Part shown: positions 25,957-36,125 of the stretch, piece by piece
Layout of the letters: each line of letters begins with the position of its first letter
Numbering within the stretch: the stretch's first letter is position 1
Virus record (IMG/VR): IMGVR_UViG_3300032295_001092
Location: 1 to 38,989 of that record
Direction: 5' to 3' (one strand)
DNA length: 38,989 nucleotides
Source: a virus
Taxonomy: Duplodnaviria; Caudoviricetes
Translations under genes and position numbers: made by a program
The notes under the pieces: model-generated
The model's input: only the letters and a program-made list of their open reading frames with translations
Told to the model about the DNA's origin: nothing
The model's database searches: none

Positions 25957-28458
25957 ATGCAAATCAATGTATCAGTTCAAGACGCAAACAATATCGTTTG
26001 CGAGGTAACTCCACCACAACCCGAAATTATTGTTATCGACAGGGGTGTAGCGGGTAATGGCATCGTGAGTATTGTCCCTGTGACAATCTCGACTTTCCAA
26101 TATTTACGCATTACTTACACCAATGGCACGGTGCAAGATGTGGGTCCTTTGACCAGCACAGCGTACACAGCCACTTCACCCATTACGATTGTTGGCAACA
26201 CCATTTCATTGGCAACTGTTCCAATTGCATCGGGTGGTACAGACGCAACTACAGCGGCTGGCGCTATTCAGAATCTGTTGCCTTCCTACACTGGCAATGC
26301 AAACAAGCGTCTTGGCCTCAATTCAGGCGGCACGGCTCTCGAATGGGTCACGGATGGTGGCGGCACTGTTACAAGCGTAAGCGGCACAGGCTCAGTCAAC
26401 GGTTTGACTTTAACAGGCACAGTCACAAGTTCAGGTAGCCTGACATTGGGCGGCACACTCAGCAATGTTGCTAACAGCGCCTTGACAAACTCAGCCATCA
26501 CAATCAACGGCACATCGACAAGCCTTGGCGGTTCAATCAATGTTGGCACGGTCACAAGCGTTGCGGCTTCTGGTGGCACTACAGGCTTAACATTTACTGG
26601 TAGCCCAATCACGACTAGCGGTACATTGACGCTTGGTGGCACTTTGGCTATTGCTAATGGCGGTACAGGACAGACAACCGCTAATGCGGCATTTAATGCG
26701 CTTGCACCAAGTCAGACGGGCAACAGCGGTAAATATCTGACCACAGATGGTACGGATACATCATGGGCAACAAACCCATTAGGTACTGTTACTAGCGTGG
26801 CAATGACAGTTCCAACTGGATTGGATATTTCTGGTTCGCCTATTACAACTAGCGGCACATTGGCTTTGACAATGGCTTCTGGTTATGCAATCCCAACAAC
26901 AGCAAGCCAAACAAATTGGGATACTGCTTATTCAGAACGACAGCAATGGTCTGGTACATCTACAAATTTAGTTGCATCTACAGGTCGAACATCGTTAGGT
27001 GCTACTACGCTAGGTTCAAATTTATTTACGATTACAAACCCATCAGCAATTACATTTCCAAGATTTAATGCTGATAACACAGTTTCTGCTTTAGATGCGG
27101 CAACATTCCGAACTGCCATTGGCGCGGGTACAAGTTCTACGACAGGTACTGTAACAAGCGTTAGCGGCACAGGAACTGTTAACGGCTTGACCCTGACAGG
27201 CACAGTTACCACATCAGGTAGTTTGACTTTGGGCGGCACATTGAATTTGTCAAGCCCTCCTGCTATTGGTAACACAACACCAAGCACAGGTAACTTTACA
27301 ACACTAACTGAAAACAGCATTGCAGTAGTTACGCAATCAGACATTGGAACAGCGGCTAACGAAATTCCATTGAATCAATATTTAGGTTCATTGGCTTATC
27401 AGAATGGTGATGCGTACTACAACACAAGCATGACTGTTGGATTCCGCAACCGCATCATCAATGGTGCAATGACTATTGACCAACGCAATTCTGGCGCAAC
27501 TTTAACAGCCGTAAATGACACCTATTATCTTGATAGATACCAAGTCCCAATTTCAGCGGGTTTAGCAAGTTCATTTACTATTCAGCAGTCTTCAACTGCC
27601 CCAAGTAACTTTACAAACAGTTTGTTAATTACATCTACAGCGGCATCAACAATATCTTCTAGTGCTTATGCTCTTGTATGGCAAAAGATTGAAGGTTTAA
27701 ATTGTTCTGACCTTGGATGGGGTACTTCTACTGCCAAGAATGTAACACTTTCCTTTTGGGTCAGGTCTTCATTAACTGGCTCTTTTGGTGGGTCTGTTCA
27801 AAATAATGGTCAAACCAGAGCGTATCCTTTCATTTACACAATCAACACCGCCAATACTTGGGAATACAAAACAATAAACATCTCAGGTGATACAACAGGA
27901 GGTTGGGCGACTAATACAAGTGCAGGAATTGTTTTAGGTTTTTCTTTGGCTTGTGGTTCTTCTACGCTTAATCCCGCAGGCGCGTGGGTAGCGTCTCAAA
28001 CGCTAGGTGCAACAGGTCAGACTAATGTGCTTGCAACAAATGGCGCAACCTTTTATATCACAGGCGTTCAACTAGAAAAAGGCAACATAGCAACATCGTT
28101 TGATGTGCGACCTTATGGGACTGAATTGGCTTTGTGTCAGCGGTATTTTGAAAAAATGGTTTACCCGATTTCTTCTTATACAGGTTTTTCAGGTTGGGCA
28201 ATTACTTCAGGGGCGGCTTATTTTAGTTTAGTATTTTCTGTTGATAAACGCACAACTCCAACCTTATCAGCAAGTGGAAATTTCCGTGGTCAAGGTTTAC
28301 TTGATACGGCAGATAGTTCAACTTATACACTTGATGCCGTTGCAAATAAATCAGGTCGAATGATACTTACCGCATCATTTTCAGGAGTTAATGGTCAAGC
28401 GGTTTCACTTCAAGCGCAAACAAGCAACGCATTTATTCAAGCATCAGCGGAGTTGTAA
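25957..28458 (+). CDS. Tail fibre protein
   Basis: Thr/Gly/Ser-rich with GTVTSV repeats; C-terminal [14 protein letters not shown]...[18 protein letters not shown] domain. Confidence 0.85.
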   Translation: MQINVSVQDANNIVCEVTPPQPEIIVIDRGVAGNGIVSIVPVTISTFQYLRITYTNGTVQDVGPLTSTAYTATSPITIVGNTISLATVPIASGGTDATTAAGAIQNLLPSYTGNANKRLGLNSGGTALEWVTDGGGTVTSVSGTGSVNGLTLTGTVTSSGSLTLGGTLSNVANSALTNSAITINGTSTSLGGSINVGTVTSVAASGGTTGLTFTGSPITTSGTLTLGGTLAIANGGTGQTTANAAFNALAPSQTGNSGKYLTTDGTDTSWATNPLGTVTSVAMTVPTGLDISGSPITTSGTLALTMASGYAIPTTASQTNWDTAYSERQQWSGTSTNLVASTGRTSLGATTLGSNLFTITNPSAITFPRFNADNTVSALDAATFRTAIGAGTSSTTGTVTSVSGTGTVNGLTLTGTVTTSGSLTLGGTLNLSSPPAIGNTTPSTGNFTTLTENSIAVVTQSDIGTAANEIPLNQYLGSLAYQNGDAYYNTSMTVGFRNRIINGAMTIDQRNSGATLTAVNDTYYLDRYQVPISAGLASSFTIQQSSTAPSNFTNSLLITSTAASTISSSAYALVWQKIEGLNCSDLGWGTSTAKNVTLSFWVRSSLTGSFGGSVQNNGQTRAYPFIYTINTANTWEYKTINISGDTTGGWATNTSAGIVLGFSLACGSSTLNPAGAWVASQTLGATGQTNVLATNGATFYITGVQLEKGNIATSFDVRPYGTELALCQRYFEKMVYPISSYTGFSGWAITSGAAYFSLVFSVDKRTTPTLSASGNFRGQGLLDTADSSTYTLDAVANKSGRMILTASFSGVNGQAVSLQAQTSNAFIQASAEL

Positions 28459-28460
28459 TC

Positions 28461-28628
28461 ATGTACAAGCAAATTAAAGATAAAAATGGTGTAATTCCAA
28501 ACACAATTTGGCGTTTAAGAGACAACGCATTTATTCCATTTGTTGATGCCAACACAGACTACCAAGAATATTTGAAATGGCTTGCTGAAGGCAACACACC
28601 AGAACCCGCAGATGGAGAACAAGCATGA
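28461..28628 (+). CDS. Small fibre-associated protein (55 aa, not in ORF track)
   Basis: [55 protein letters not shown]; ATGA overlap with the next gene. Confidence 0.8.
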   Translation: MYKQIKDKNGVIPNTIWRLRDNAFIPFVDANTDYQEYLKWLAEGNTPEPADGEQA

Positions 28629-30457
28629 GCATTCAATCAAACTTTCCCAATCTGAAACCATCTTTGCTTTTAGACTTTGCTAACACCAAGCAACTAGATA
28701 ACCGCATCACATTCACTAGGTCAACCCCTGCGGTTTACTATGATGGTAAAACTACTGCAATGGCTGAACAGAATCTTTTGTATCCATCTGTCAATATTGG
28801 TTCGCCTTATCAAAATGCTGATAATGCGTTAACAAATAATACTGGCACAGCGCCTGATGGAACAACCACAGCAAGTTTGTTAGTCCCGAATACTTCAAAC
28901 ACTAGGCATTATTGTTCAAGCCCTTTAGGTTCAGCGGGAACATTAAACATACCTTACACAATTAGCGTGTATGCAAAAGCAAATGGTTACAACTATATTT
29001 TTGTTCAGTTTTCAGGAAGTGTTAGTTCAGGCGGCTCAAGATATGGTGTAACTTTTAACATTACAACTGGCGCAATAGAAACTAGCGGATTTAGTTATTC
29101 AGTTAATGTTGCATCAACATCAAGCACTATTACTAGCGTTGGTAATGGTTGGTATAGAGTTACATTGACTGCAACATTAACATCTGTAATTACTAACCCA
29201 ATGTGCTATGTGCAAACGATGCCTTTAAATGGTAGCACTTATAGCGATGGCGGTGACGGATTGCCCTCTTATGCAGGTAACGGAACTAGCGGTGCTTATT
29301 TTTGGGGATTCCAATTAGAACAGCGTTCTGCGGCAACCGCATACACAGCAACAACAAGCCAACCTATCACAAATTACATTCCTGTTTTACTAACAGCGGG
29401 TGGTAATCAACCAAGGTTTGACTGCAACCCTATTACTGGTGAATCATTGGGATTATTTATTGAGGAACAAAGAACAAATAATTTCACTTATTCACAGCAA
29501 TTAGACCAATGGAACTCCTCAAATTACAGTGTTACCACTAACACTATCATCTCGCCTGATGGGACATTGACAGGTGACAAAATTATTCCCAATTCTGAAG
29601 CAGTAGGTGGGTATATTGGCGAATACTTTACTGGTACGGCAGGCAGTATTGTCATGACTGGTTATTTTAAAGCAGGCGAAAATCGTAGAGTTTCATTGTG
29701 GGAAGGCAATGTCACCGCATACTATGCTACATTTGATTTAATTTCTGGTACTGTTGTTGGGACAAATAGTGCTATTGGAACAATTACACCAGTCGGTAAT
29801 GGTTGGTATCGTTGTTCAATGGTTAGCACTCAAACATCAGGCACTCGCTTTTGGCTCATTAGTGTATTAGGTGACTCCGCAACATCGCCATTTGCAACTG
29901 GTCTAACTGGAAATGGTTTTAATGGCTTATTCGGTTGGGGTTTACAACTTGAAGTGGGCTATTTTGCCACCTCTTACATTGCAACAACTTCAGCAAGTGC
30001 TACAAGAACTGCAGATGCGGCAAGGATGACTGGAACTAACTTTAGTAGTTGGTGGAATCAAGCACAAGGTACTTACTATATTGAAAATAGTTATGGTAGT
30101 TTTTCCAATCAACCAATTGCTATTTCAGATACACTTGGAAACGCATGGTCTTACGGAACTAATAGTGGCGTTATATCTGCTTATCTTGTAGCGCCATCAC
30201 TTACATCAATAAGTAGTAGTGTTACTGCTACAACAAATATAAATTATCGTTCTGCATTTTCTTATAGTTCTACTGGTAAAGCAATTACGGCATCAAATAC
30301 AACGCCAGTTACTTCTAGTAACAATCTTCTTAGCAATTCTGCTGATTTGTTGATTGGAAGTTTTAATACAAATTATTTTATAAATGGGCGTATTAAAAAG
30401 ATTGCGTATTACCCAATTGCAGTTACATCAACCCAACTGCAAGCCATAACAAGTTAA
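28625..30457 (+). CDS. Second fibre/spike-like protein with duplicated putative carbohydrate-binding modules
   Basis: [14 protein letters not shown]; two PDGT...VGNGWYR...WG.QLE units; [10 protein letters not shown]. Confidence 0.75.
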   Translation: MSIQSNFPNLKPSLLLDFANTKQLDNRITFTRSTPAVYYDGKTTAMAEQNLLYPSVNIGSPYQNADNALTNNTGTAPDGTTTASLLVPNTSNTRHYCSSPLGSAGTLNIPYTISVYAKANGYNYIFVQFSGSVSSGGSRYGVTFNITTGAIETSGFSYSVNVASTSSTITSVGNGWYRVTLTATLTSVITNPMCYVQTMPLNGSTYSDGGDGLPSYAGNGTSGAYFWGFQLEQRSAATAYTATTSQPITNYIPVLLTAGGNQPRFDCNPITGESLGLFIEEQRTNNFTYSQQLDQWNSSNYSVTTNTIISPDGTLTGDKIIPNSEAVGGYIGEYFTGTAGSIVMTGYFKAGENRRVSLWEGNVTAYYATFDLISGTVVGTNSAIGTITPVGNGWYRCSMVSTQTSGTRFWLISVLGDSATSPFATGLTGNGFNGLFGWGLQLEVGYFATSYIATTSASATRTADAARMTGTNFSSWWNQAQGTYYIENSYGSFSNQPIAISDTLGNAWSYGTNSGVISAYLVAPSLTSISSSVTATTNINYRSAFSYSSTGKAITASNTTPVTSSNNLLSNSADLLIGSFNTNYFINGRIKKIAYYPIAVTSTQLQAITS

Positions 30458-30466
30458 GGAATCATC

Positions 30467-30838
30467 ATGGATTACAGATTTACATTCACCGATGAAGCGC
30501 AATGGTTTGAACTTGCAGATGCAAATGGTTGGGTGCAATACGAATACGAACCGCAACCGCCTACACCTATTGATGAACCGCAACCCGAACCAATTGTTAA
30601 GCGCAAATGGATTGCATACCCTGACATTGATTTTGTGCAAATTGGTACTGTCTACGAACCATTGCCGCCTACGCCACCTGATGAACCAAGACCTACGCCT
30701 GTACCCTATCCCGGCTACGCGGTAAACATTCGCTTTAACAATGGTTCTGTATTGCCTGATAATTTAGTTGCATTTGTTATTGAACCCGCAGACCCACAAT
30801 ATACTTTTTTGGGTGGTTGGGAACAAGGCGCAATTTAA
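30467..30838 (+). CDS. Pro-rich hypothetical protein, probably fibre-associated
   Basis: Strong RBS; two YEP.PPTP.DEP.P repeats. Confidence 0.7.
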   Translation: MDYRFTFTDEAQWFELADANGWVQYEYEPQPPTPIDEPQPEPIVKRKWIAYPDIDFVQIGTVYEPLPPTPPDEPRPTPVPYPGYAVNIRFNNGSVLPDNLVAFVIEPADPQYTFLGGWEQGAI

Positions 30839-30839
30839 A

Positions 30840-30867
30840 CGGGAAGCCATCACCCGCTTTTGATGGC
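30840..30867 (+). promoter_or_regulatory. Putative H-type RNA pseudoknot
   Basis: CGGG/CCCG and GCCATCA/TGATGGC form interleaved perfect stems. Confidence 0.55.
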
Positions 30868-30883
30868 AATTTAAAGGACTGAT

Positions 30884-31102
30884 ATGGGTAACAACACAAA
30901 AACCCCAATCACAATTGATGGCGTGGAATATCATTTTGAAGATATGACACAAGAACAACAAGCATTGATTTCTCATGTTTCTGATTTGGACAAAAAACTA
31001 GCGTCTGCTAGATTCAATGTTGAACAGTTGCAAGTAGGTCGCGATGCTTTCTTTTCTATGCTGAAAAGCAAATTAGAAATTGCAGATGTAGAGGCAAAGT
31101 AA
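30884..31102 (+). CDS. Hypothetical coiled-coil protein
   Basis: AAAGGA RBS; ITIDGVEY start followed by a heptad helix. Confidence 0.75.
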   Translation: MGNNTKTPITIDGVEYHFEDMTQEQQALISHVSDLDKKLASARFNVEQLQVGRDAFFSMLKSKLEIADVEAK

Positions 31103-31321
31103 ATGAACGAACACACCGCAGAAGCCGCAACAGCATTGGCGACTAAAGCATCATCTGTAGCAACCTATGGGGGCGCGGGTAGTGCCATATTCTTTGGCTT
31201 AACGGCTAATGAATTTGGCGCAATCTGTGGTGTGGTTATTGGTGTCATTGGTTTAGTTGCAAACATTTACTTTAAGCATCAACATTTAAAGTTGGCGCGT
31301 AAAGAAGCGGGATATGACTAA
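31103..31321 (+). CDS. Putative holin
   Basis: 72 aa; hydrophobic GAICGVVIGVIGLVANIYF then a basic tail. Confidence 0.7.
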   Translation: MNEHTAEAATALATKASSVATYGGAGSAIFFGLTANEFGAICGVVIGVIGLVANIYFKHQHLKLARKEAGYD

Positions 31322-31601
31322 ATGGTTTGCTTTGTTGCTCATTTCCATCGTGTTTTGGGCAACAGCACAAACCAAATGTTTAATAAGTGATTTTTATGGG
31401 CTGTCTAATTTGCACAACCCATCAGAAAGGCATCAACGGCTTTCTGAGTGGTTAACAACAAACGGGGACAGTTGCAGTACAGAACAGTTAGTGAGTATCT
31501 GGAACAACCTTGCAATGTGGGCAGGGGTTGCTGATAGCGCAAAGATAAGACAGAAAATTTTGTTTTATTACGCTAGGGCAATGGAAAGGGAAAAAAAGTG
31601 A
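31314..31601 (+). CDS. Hypothetical exported protein
   Basis: Signal-peptide-like N-terminus; two Cys. Confidence 0.65.
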   Translation: MTKWFALLLISIVFWATAQTKCLISDFYGLSNLHNPSERHQRLSEWLTTNGDSCSTEQLVSIWNNLAMWAGVADSAKIRQKILFYYARAMEREKK

Positions 31602-31834
31602 TTACCTTTAATAAATGGTATTGCTTAGTTCAACCTACACACACAGCAAGACAATTGGCTTTTGACAAGGCAGTTGAAAAGGTGCAAGAAGATTATCGGT
31701 ATGCGTATGAATGTTTGCAACAAGTAGAAAAAACGCGCGACATGGAAATTGAGTTGTACAACAAGCGAGGATTGCAAAATACAATTGAACTTGGTTCGTT
31801 TGAGAATCGCAGACGATTTCAAATTTTTGTGTGA
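31598..31834 (+). CDS. Hypothetical protein
   Basis: GTGA overlap with the upstream gene. Confidence 0.6.
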   Translation: MITFNKWYCLVQPTHTARQLAFDKAVEKVQEDYRYAYECLQQVEKTRDMEIELYNKRGLQNTIELGSFENRRRFQIFV

Positions 31835-31840
31835 GGATGT

Positions 31841-32113
31841 ATGGACAAACCAACCCGCAGACCCAAACAACCCGTGCCCGACACCAAAGAAAAATTGACG
31901 CTGTGGGTTACGTTAATGGTTAGCACAACGCTTTGCATTTCCGTTTTGTCAATGGTGTTTGCTTTTATGCTTGGATTGTGGGCAAAAGAAGTCGACAATG
32001 CAGAAATATTTAAGATGATTTCGCCAGCGTTTAGCACATTGATTGGCGGCATGATTGGTTTTCTGTCAGGCATTAAATTAATGCAAAACGAAGAAAAGAA
32101 GGAATCAAAATGA
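31841..32113 (+). CDS. Two-TM membrane protein
   Basis: GAGGA RBS; two hydrophobic helices. Confidence 0.75.
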   Translation: MDKPTRRPKQPVPDTKEKLTLWVTLMVSTTLCISVLSMVFAFMLGLWAKEVDNAEIFKMISPAFSTLIGGMIGFLSGIKLMQNEEKKESK

Positions 32114-32517
32114 TTGGATTGGATGCATTGTTAAACATTGGTGGGAAATTAATCGACAAGTTAATCCCCGACCCTGAAGCCAAAGCCAAAGCGCAATTGG
32201 AATTGCAAAAGATGGCACAAGATGGCGAATTGGCAAAAATGGCTAACGAGACCAAATTGTATGAAACCGAACAAAACAATTTGACTGCACGCGTTCAAGC
32301 GGACATGGCATCCGATTCATGGATGAGCAAAAACATTCGCCCAATGACGCTTATATTTTTATTGGTTGCGTATTCGGGTTTTGCTATTGCATCCATTTTT
32401 GAATACGAAACGCGTGGCGCATACGTCGAATTGCTGGGGCAATGGGGTATGCTTGTTATGTCGTTTTACTTTGGTGGACGAACCATGGAAAAAATTGCCG
32501 ACAGGATTAAAAAATGA
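32110..32517 (+). CDS. Holin-like protein (GTA 3TM-holin type)
   Basis: GKLIDKLIPDP..KAKAQLEL, DSWMSKNIRP and FYFGGRTMEK motifs. Confidence 0.8.
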   Translation: MIGLDALLNIGGKLIDKLIPDPEAKAKAQLELQKMAQDGELAKMANETKLYETEQNNLTARVQADMASDSWMSKNIRPMTLIFLLVAYSGFAIASIFEYETRGAYVELLGQWGMLVMSFYFGGRTMEKIADRIKK

Positions 32518-32936
32518 CGCCACATTTTACGCTTGCCGAACTGACGCACACCGACCACCGCGAATTGGACAACACCCCAAATGAAACCGAACTTGCAAAC
32601 ATTCAAAGATTGGCTGAATTCCTTGAAGAACTCAAAACCGTTCTTGATGGCAAGCCAATTATGGTTAACAGCGCGTTCCGCAGTAAAGCGGTTAACGATG
32701 CGGTAGGCAGTAAGGACACGTCACAGCATCGCGTAGGTTGCGCGGCTGATATACGTGTACCCAACATGACGCCCGACCAAGTGGTGCGCGCTATCATCGC
32801 GTCTGACCTACCTTACGACCAAGTGATTCGGGAATTCGACCGTTGGACGCACGTGAGCATTACCAATCAAGCGGGTGGCACGCCACGCAAACAAGCGTTA
32901 ATCATTGACAAACAAGGCACTAGGCAATTCGCGTAA
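32514..32936 (+). CDS. Endolysin, peptidase M15A family
   Basis: HFTLAEL, SAFRS..VN.AVG, SQHRVGCAADI and WTHVS motifs. Confidence 0.92.
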   Translation: MTPHFTLAELTHTDHRELDNTPNETELANIQRLAEFLEELKTVLDGKPIMVNSAFRSKAVNDAVGSKDTSQHRVGCAADIRVPNMTPDQVVRAIIASDLPYDQVIREFDRWTHVSITNQAGGTPRKQALIIDKQGTRQFA

Positions 32937-33198
32937 GCGCCTCGTTGGTTAAATCCAGCAATTCGTGTTCGCTTATGCCGTAATGCTTTTCAAAGCCTTT
33001 GTGTCCAAGCCCATGCACGCCCGTGTTACCGCGATGATGTTCTGGGCATAAACCAATGACAGGGGCGTTGTCGCGTTTGCCACCGAATCTGCGGATGTGA
33101 TGTATTTCACACGGTGTTTGACCAAGGGCGAGGTAATGGCACAAAATACAGCCAATGCTGGCAACTTTGTCATAGTGATTCTTTGTAATATTTTTCAT
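32920..33198 (-). CDS. Ref-like HNH nuclease
   Basis: GCILC..EIHHIR..IGLCPEHHRG..GVH. Confidence 0.8.
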   Translation of the reverse strand: MKNITKNHYDKVASIGCILCHYLALGQTPCEIHHIRRFGGKRDNAPVIGLCPEHHRGNTGVHGLGHKGFEKHYGISEHELLDLTNEALTRIA

Positions 33199-33685
33199 CA
33201 AATGCGTTCAATAAAGTTTGAGGAACAGAATAAAATTCGCCATTCCCAACGTCACGTAAATTCTCGGGACGAAGAAACTTTGCACGCCCAATCCATCCGA
33301 CAATCCGAACGTGAGTTGGATGAATTTCGGTTAAGACAAAAACGTCGCATGGCTTTTCGACAGACCAGCCTACAGCGTTAAGGTTACCACCGACTGTGTT
33401 GGTGCTTTTCACATCAATCGTGCGTCCGTCTTGCAACGTCAAATCAGCACCAAATTTTCTGAAATCGCAATTAAGGTCAAAATTAAGGTTCAACGTCTTT
33501 GCGACCGCGTATTCTGTAATCACGCCATTGATTGACATTTGCAATGAATTCATAGACGCGTCTTGTTTGCGTTCTGTGCCTTGTTTGCTTGTGATGCTAT
33601 GACGTAATTTGCCAATGTACATACACACGTCCAATTCGGTGACAGTGAGCGTTTGACGCAAATATCTTTTGTTATGGTCGCTCAT
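33170..33685 (-). CDS. Hypothetical protein, possible PD-(D/E)XK nuclease fold
   Basis: TEYAVAK..GADL..TIDVKST; ATG 33685 coupled to the upstream stop. Confidence 0.6.
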   Translation of the reverse strand: MSDHNKRYLRQTLTVTELDVCMYIGKLRHSITSKQGTERKQDASMNSLQMSINGVITEYAVAKTLNLNFDLNCDFRKFGADLTLQDGRTIDVKSTNTVGGNLNAVGWSVEKPCDVFVLTEIHPTHVRIVGWIGRAKFLRPENLRDVGNGEFYSVPQTLLNAFDEKYYKESL

Positions 33686-34137
33686 ATTTCCACCACTTCT
33701 TTGGCTTTGCATTGGATACGTTGGCGCGTTTTAATAATCATTTTTTCGTATTGACTGCGCGGTATGCTTCTGCGCTGTAAATCGTGATATTCAAACACGT
33801 CACGCAACGCGGTTATCCCGTCGCCAGTCAATCCCATTCGCATGGTCTTTTGGTAACGTAACGCGGCTTGCTCCAATGCGTGCTGTGCGCGTGCGCAATA
33901 CGGCAACACTTCGGGTCCAATGCCTTCCAATGCCATGACTTCGGATATGTTCATCATGTCGGTTAATTCCTGCCAATCTTGTACTGTGCCCATGCCTTTG
34001 GTCATTGCATCCAACGCGGCTAATTCTGTCAAACGCAATTTGTCGAGCAAATGTTCTTGCGTAATGCCAGCGCCAAGGATGGCGTGCCGTATTGGGTCAA
34101 TCAATTTCCAAATTTTCCGTTTAACTTGTTTTCTCAT
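33682..34137 (-). CDS. Hypothetical protein
   Basis: ATGA-coupled on both sides. Confidence 0.75.
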   Translation of the reverse strand: MRKQVKRKIWKLIDPIRHAILGAGITQEHLLDKLRLTELAALDAMTKGMGTVQDWQELTDMMNISEVMALEGIGPEVLPYCARAQHALEQAALRYQKTMRMGLTGDGITALRDVFEYHDLQRRSIPRSQYEKMIIKTRQRIQCKAKEVVEI

Positions 34138-34421
34138 GGTTCGTAATCCAAGCCCAATGCACGCGCGTTGTCTGCTTTTTTGTTTAATGCATCGTCAATT
34201 TTGTTTAACGCTTCACGCAATCCAGCCAAACCGCCTACACGTTGGTCGTTAATAAAAATTTGAGGCATTTGCTTTGCTTCTGAGTACACGGCAAAAAACG
34301 AATCGCGCACGCTGGCAATGTCCATGTCGCACTCAATAAATTTAAGGTTACGCGCCTTAAGCATTTGTTTTGCTGTCGTGCAATTTGGGCAACCTTTTTT
34401 TGTATATATAAAAATGTTCAT
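34134..34421 (-). CDS. Glutaredoxin
   Basis: IYTKKGCPNC and MPQIFINDQRVGG motifs. Confidence 0.92.
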   Translation of the reverse strand: MNIFIYTKKGCPNCTTAKQMLKARNLKFIECDMDIASVRDSFFAVYSEAKQMPQIFINDQRVGGLAGLREALNKIDDALNKKADNARALGLDYEP

Positions 34422-34648
34422 GATTTCATATCCCGTACATAAACGGCAAACGATGCCGCGGTGTCGCCAAACGGCAACGATTCCAATTTGATGGCAACTT
34501 CTTCCAATACCTGATTGCGCTGTGATGGTGACACGTATGTTTCAAAATGATACGGCTGACCCAAATCACGCAATATTTGTTTGCCAAGATTGCTTTGCTT
34601 TTCAACATCGTTAAAGGCTTCGTCTTCCTCTTTTGTCCATTCAGTCAT
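34418..34648 (-). CDS. Hypothetical protein
   Basis: Overlaps both neighbours in the operon. Confidence 0.7.
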   Translation of the reverse strand: MTEWTKEEDEAFNDVEKQSNLGKQILRDLGQPYHFETYVSPSQRNQVLEEVAIKLESLPFGDTAASFAVYVRDMKS

Positions 34649-35147
34649 AGTTTTTGCTCCTTAGTTTGGCTTCAATGGCTCGGGCAAAATGAATGTCCGT
34701 GTGCTGATGAGAAGCCGCACACTCAGCCACAATCAAAACAATCTCCTCATCCGTCAACCCAATCCATGTGCGCTTATGTGGCTCCGCCACGGGTGGTGGG
34801 GTGGTGTCTTCAAAAACTCCTAAGCCTTCACAAGCAAAACACTTTTGGTCTGTTCCAATGTCAGGGTCACGAACCATGCGCCCACTTCCATTGCAAGCAC
34901 GACACGCCACAGGCTCATCCTTCGCTTCTAGTTCCTCAATGCGCTTAGCCATGCGCTGTATTTCTTCAACCAATACGGCTTGCGTGTCCCAGTCAGGATT
35001 AAATTCATTCGCTTCTAGTGCGGCTTTAATGGCGGTAATGGCTTCATTGTTCTTTTCCCAAACTTCGGTTGGCGCATCGGTTTCAAGCCATGCCCTATCT
35101 TCTTTCAACGCCTCCAATGCTAATTTGAGTGCTTCAGTCTGAGTCAT
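34641..35147 (-). CDS. Mosaic hypothetical protein with a DnaJ-type zinc-finger pair
   Basis: CRACNGSG...CFACEGLG; ends WIGLTDEEI..FARAIEAKLRSKN. Confidence 0.75.
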   Translation of the reverse strand: MTQTEALKLALEALKEDRAWLETDAPTEVWEKNNEAITAIKAALEANEFNPDWDTQAVLVEEIQRMAKRIEELEAKDEPVACRACNGSGRMVRDPDIGTDQKCFACEGLGVFEDTTPPPVAEPHKRTWIGLTDEEIVLIVAECAASHQHTDIHFARAIEAKLRSKNYD

Positions 35148-35242
35148 AGTGGTGCATCCTCAAAGTTGTCAGGGTTAAATTTGGGCTGTCGATTGTTTTT
35201 GTGCTTTGGATTTGGGAACGGTGGGAAAGGCCATGTGTTCAT
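35144..35242 (-). CDS. 32-aa Pro-rich peptide (not in ORF track)
   Basis: MNTWPFPPFPNPKHKNNRQPKFNPDNFEDAPL*; ATGA overlaps at both ends. Confidence 0.65.
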   Translation of the reverse strand: MNTWPFPPFPNPKHKNNRQPKFNPDNFEDAPL

Positions 35243-35394
35243 GTTTTCACCTGTAATGAAATTGGAATGTAAATGCACGCTTTATCTTTGCTATTGATGA
35301 CGTGAACTGTCGTTTTATGTTCTGACAGCGGGCGTTTGCAATTTTTACATTTGGCATCTGGGTGCGATGGTTGGCATTTAAGATAATTCATCAT
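35239..35394 (-). CDS. Small Cys-containing protein
   Basis: MMNYLKCQPSHPDAKCKNCKR; ATGA-coupled. Confidence 0.65.
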   Translation of the reverse strand: MMNYLKCQPSHPDAKCKNCKRPLSEHKTTVHVINSKDKACIYIPISLQVKT

Positions 35395-35726
35395 TGTGTA
35401 GCCCTGCCTTCTGCACGTGCGGACGATTCCAAAGAACGCCACACTTCGATTTTGGCTTCAGCCGCAATCATTAGCCAGCGCAAGCGTTCACATTTGGCAA
35501 CGGCTTGTTCCAACGCAAGCAAATGCGCTTTGTAATCGGGGTGAGAATATGCAAACGTTTCTTTGGCTGATTCGGTACGTTCGCTAGATGACGCCATAAG
35601 CGACGCTTTAATGGTCTTGCGATACTCGGTCATGTACACGACGTTTGCTTTGGCTTGGGCGTATTCTGACGCGTTGTCGCGTATAAAATCCAATGCTTTA
35701 AATGGGCTAATGTCTTGTTCTGTCAT
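35391..35726 (-). CDS. Helical hypothetical protein
   Basis: AGGA RBS; coupled to both neighbours. Confidence 0.75.
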   Translation of the reverse strand: MTEQDISPFKALDFIRDNASEYAQAKANVVYMTEYRKTIKASLMASSSERTESAKETFAYSHPDYKAHLLALEQAVAKCERLRWLMIAAEAKIEVWRSLESSARAEGRATQ

Positions 35727-35908
35727 TTGGGCATCCTGTTCTGTTTAAGGTTTTGCCCTGTAATACGTTTGTTCCAGCAAACCTGACACAACCATTTATG
35801 TTGATTCATGTGTACGCCACCCTCGGGCGGTTTGTCACATTCACACACGTTGCAATATTTCAATTTATGCACGGGCGTAGCGTATCCAAGCGCGATTGGT
35901 TCAAACAT
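35723..35908 (-). CDS. Small zinc-finger protein
   Basis: CNVC...WLCQVC; AGGAG RBS. Confidence 0.7.
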   Translation of the reverse strand: MFEPIALGYATPVHKLKYCNVCECDKPPEGGVHMNQHKWLCQVCWNKRITGQNLKQNRMPK

Positions 35909-35909
35909 T

Positions 35910-36125
35910 TCACAACTCCTGCACCGTTACGCGGTACTGTTTGCCGTTCATGTCCAACACATCAATGGTTTTTGTCGTGGAACAGAATTCGCCAAATTCA
36001 CCAAGGTCAAATTGCACCTTGCTTACTTGGTCAATCAAATGCTCCGTGTCGCGGCTCATCAATGATTGATGTATGACAGAAGCGATGTAATCGCAATATG
36101 CCAGTTTTAATGTTTTGCTCATCAT
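35910..36125 (-). CDS. Hypothetical protein
   Basis: ATGA-coupled to the initiator gene. Confidence 0.7.
   Translation of the reverse strand: MMSKTLKLAYCDYIASVIHQSLMSRDTEHLIDQVSKVQFDLGEFGEFCSTTKTIDVLDMNGKQYRVTVQEL

Noticed and set aside
26362-27243. Diversity-generating retroelement TR/VR pair
   Set aside because: No reverse transcriptase; both repeats are in-frame coding and the differences are not adenine-specific.
30834-30840. TTTAAAC slippery site next to the pseudoknot
   Set aside because: Wrong phase (ATT TAA is the stop), no spacer before the structure, and read-through meets another stop 12 codons later.
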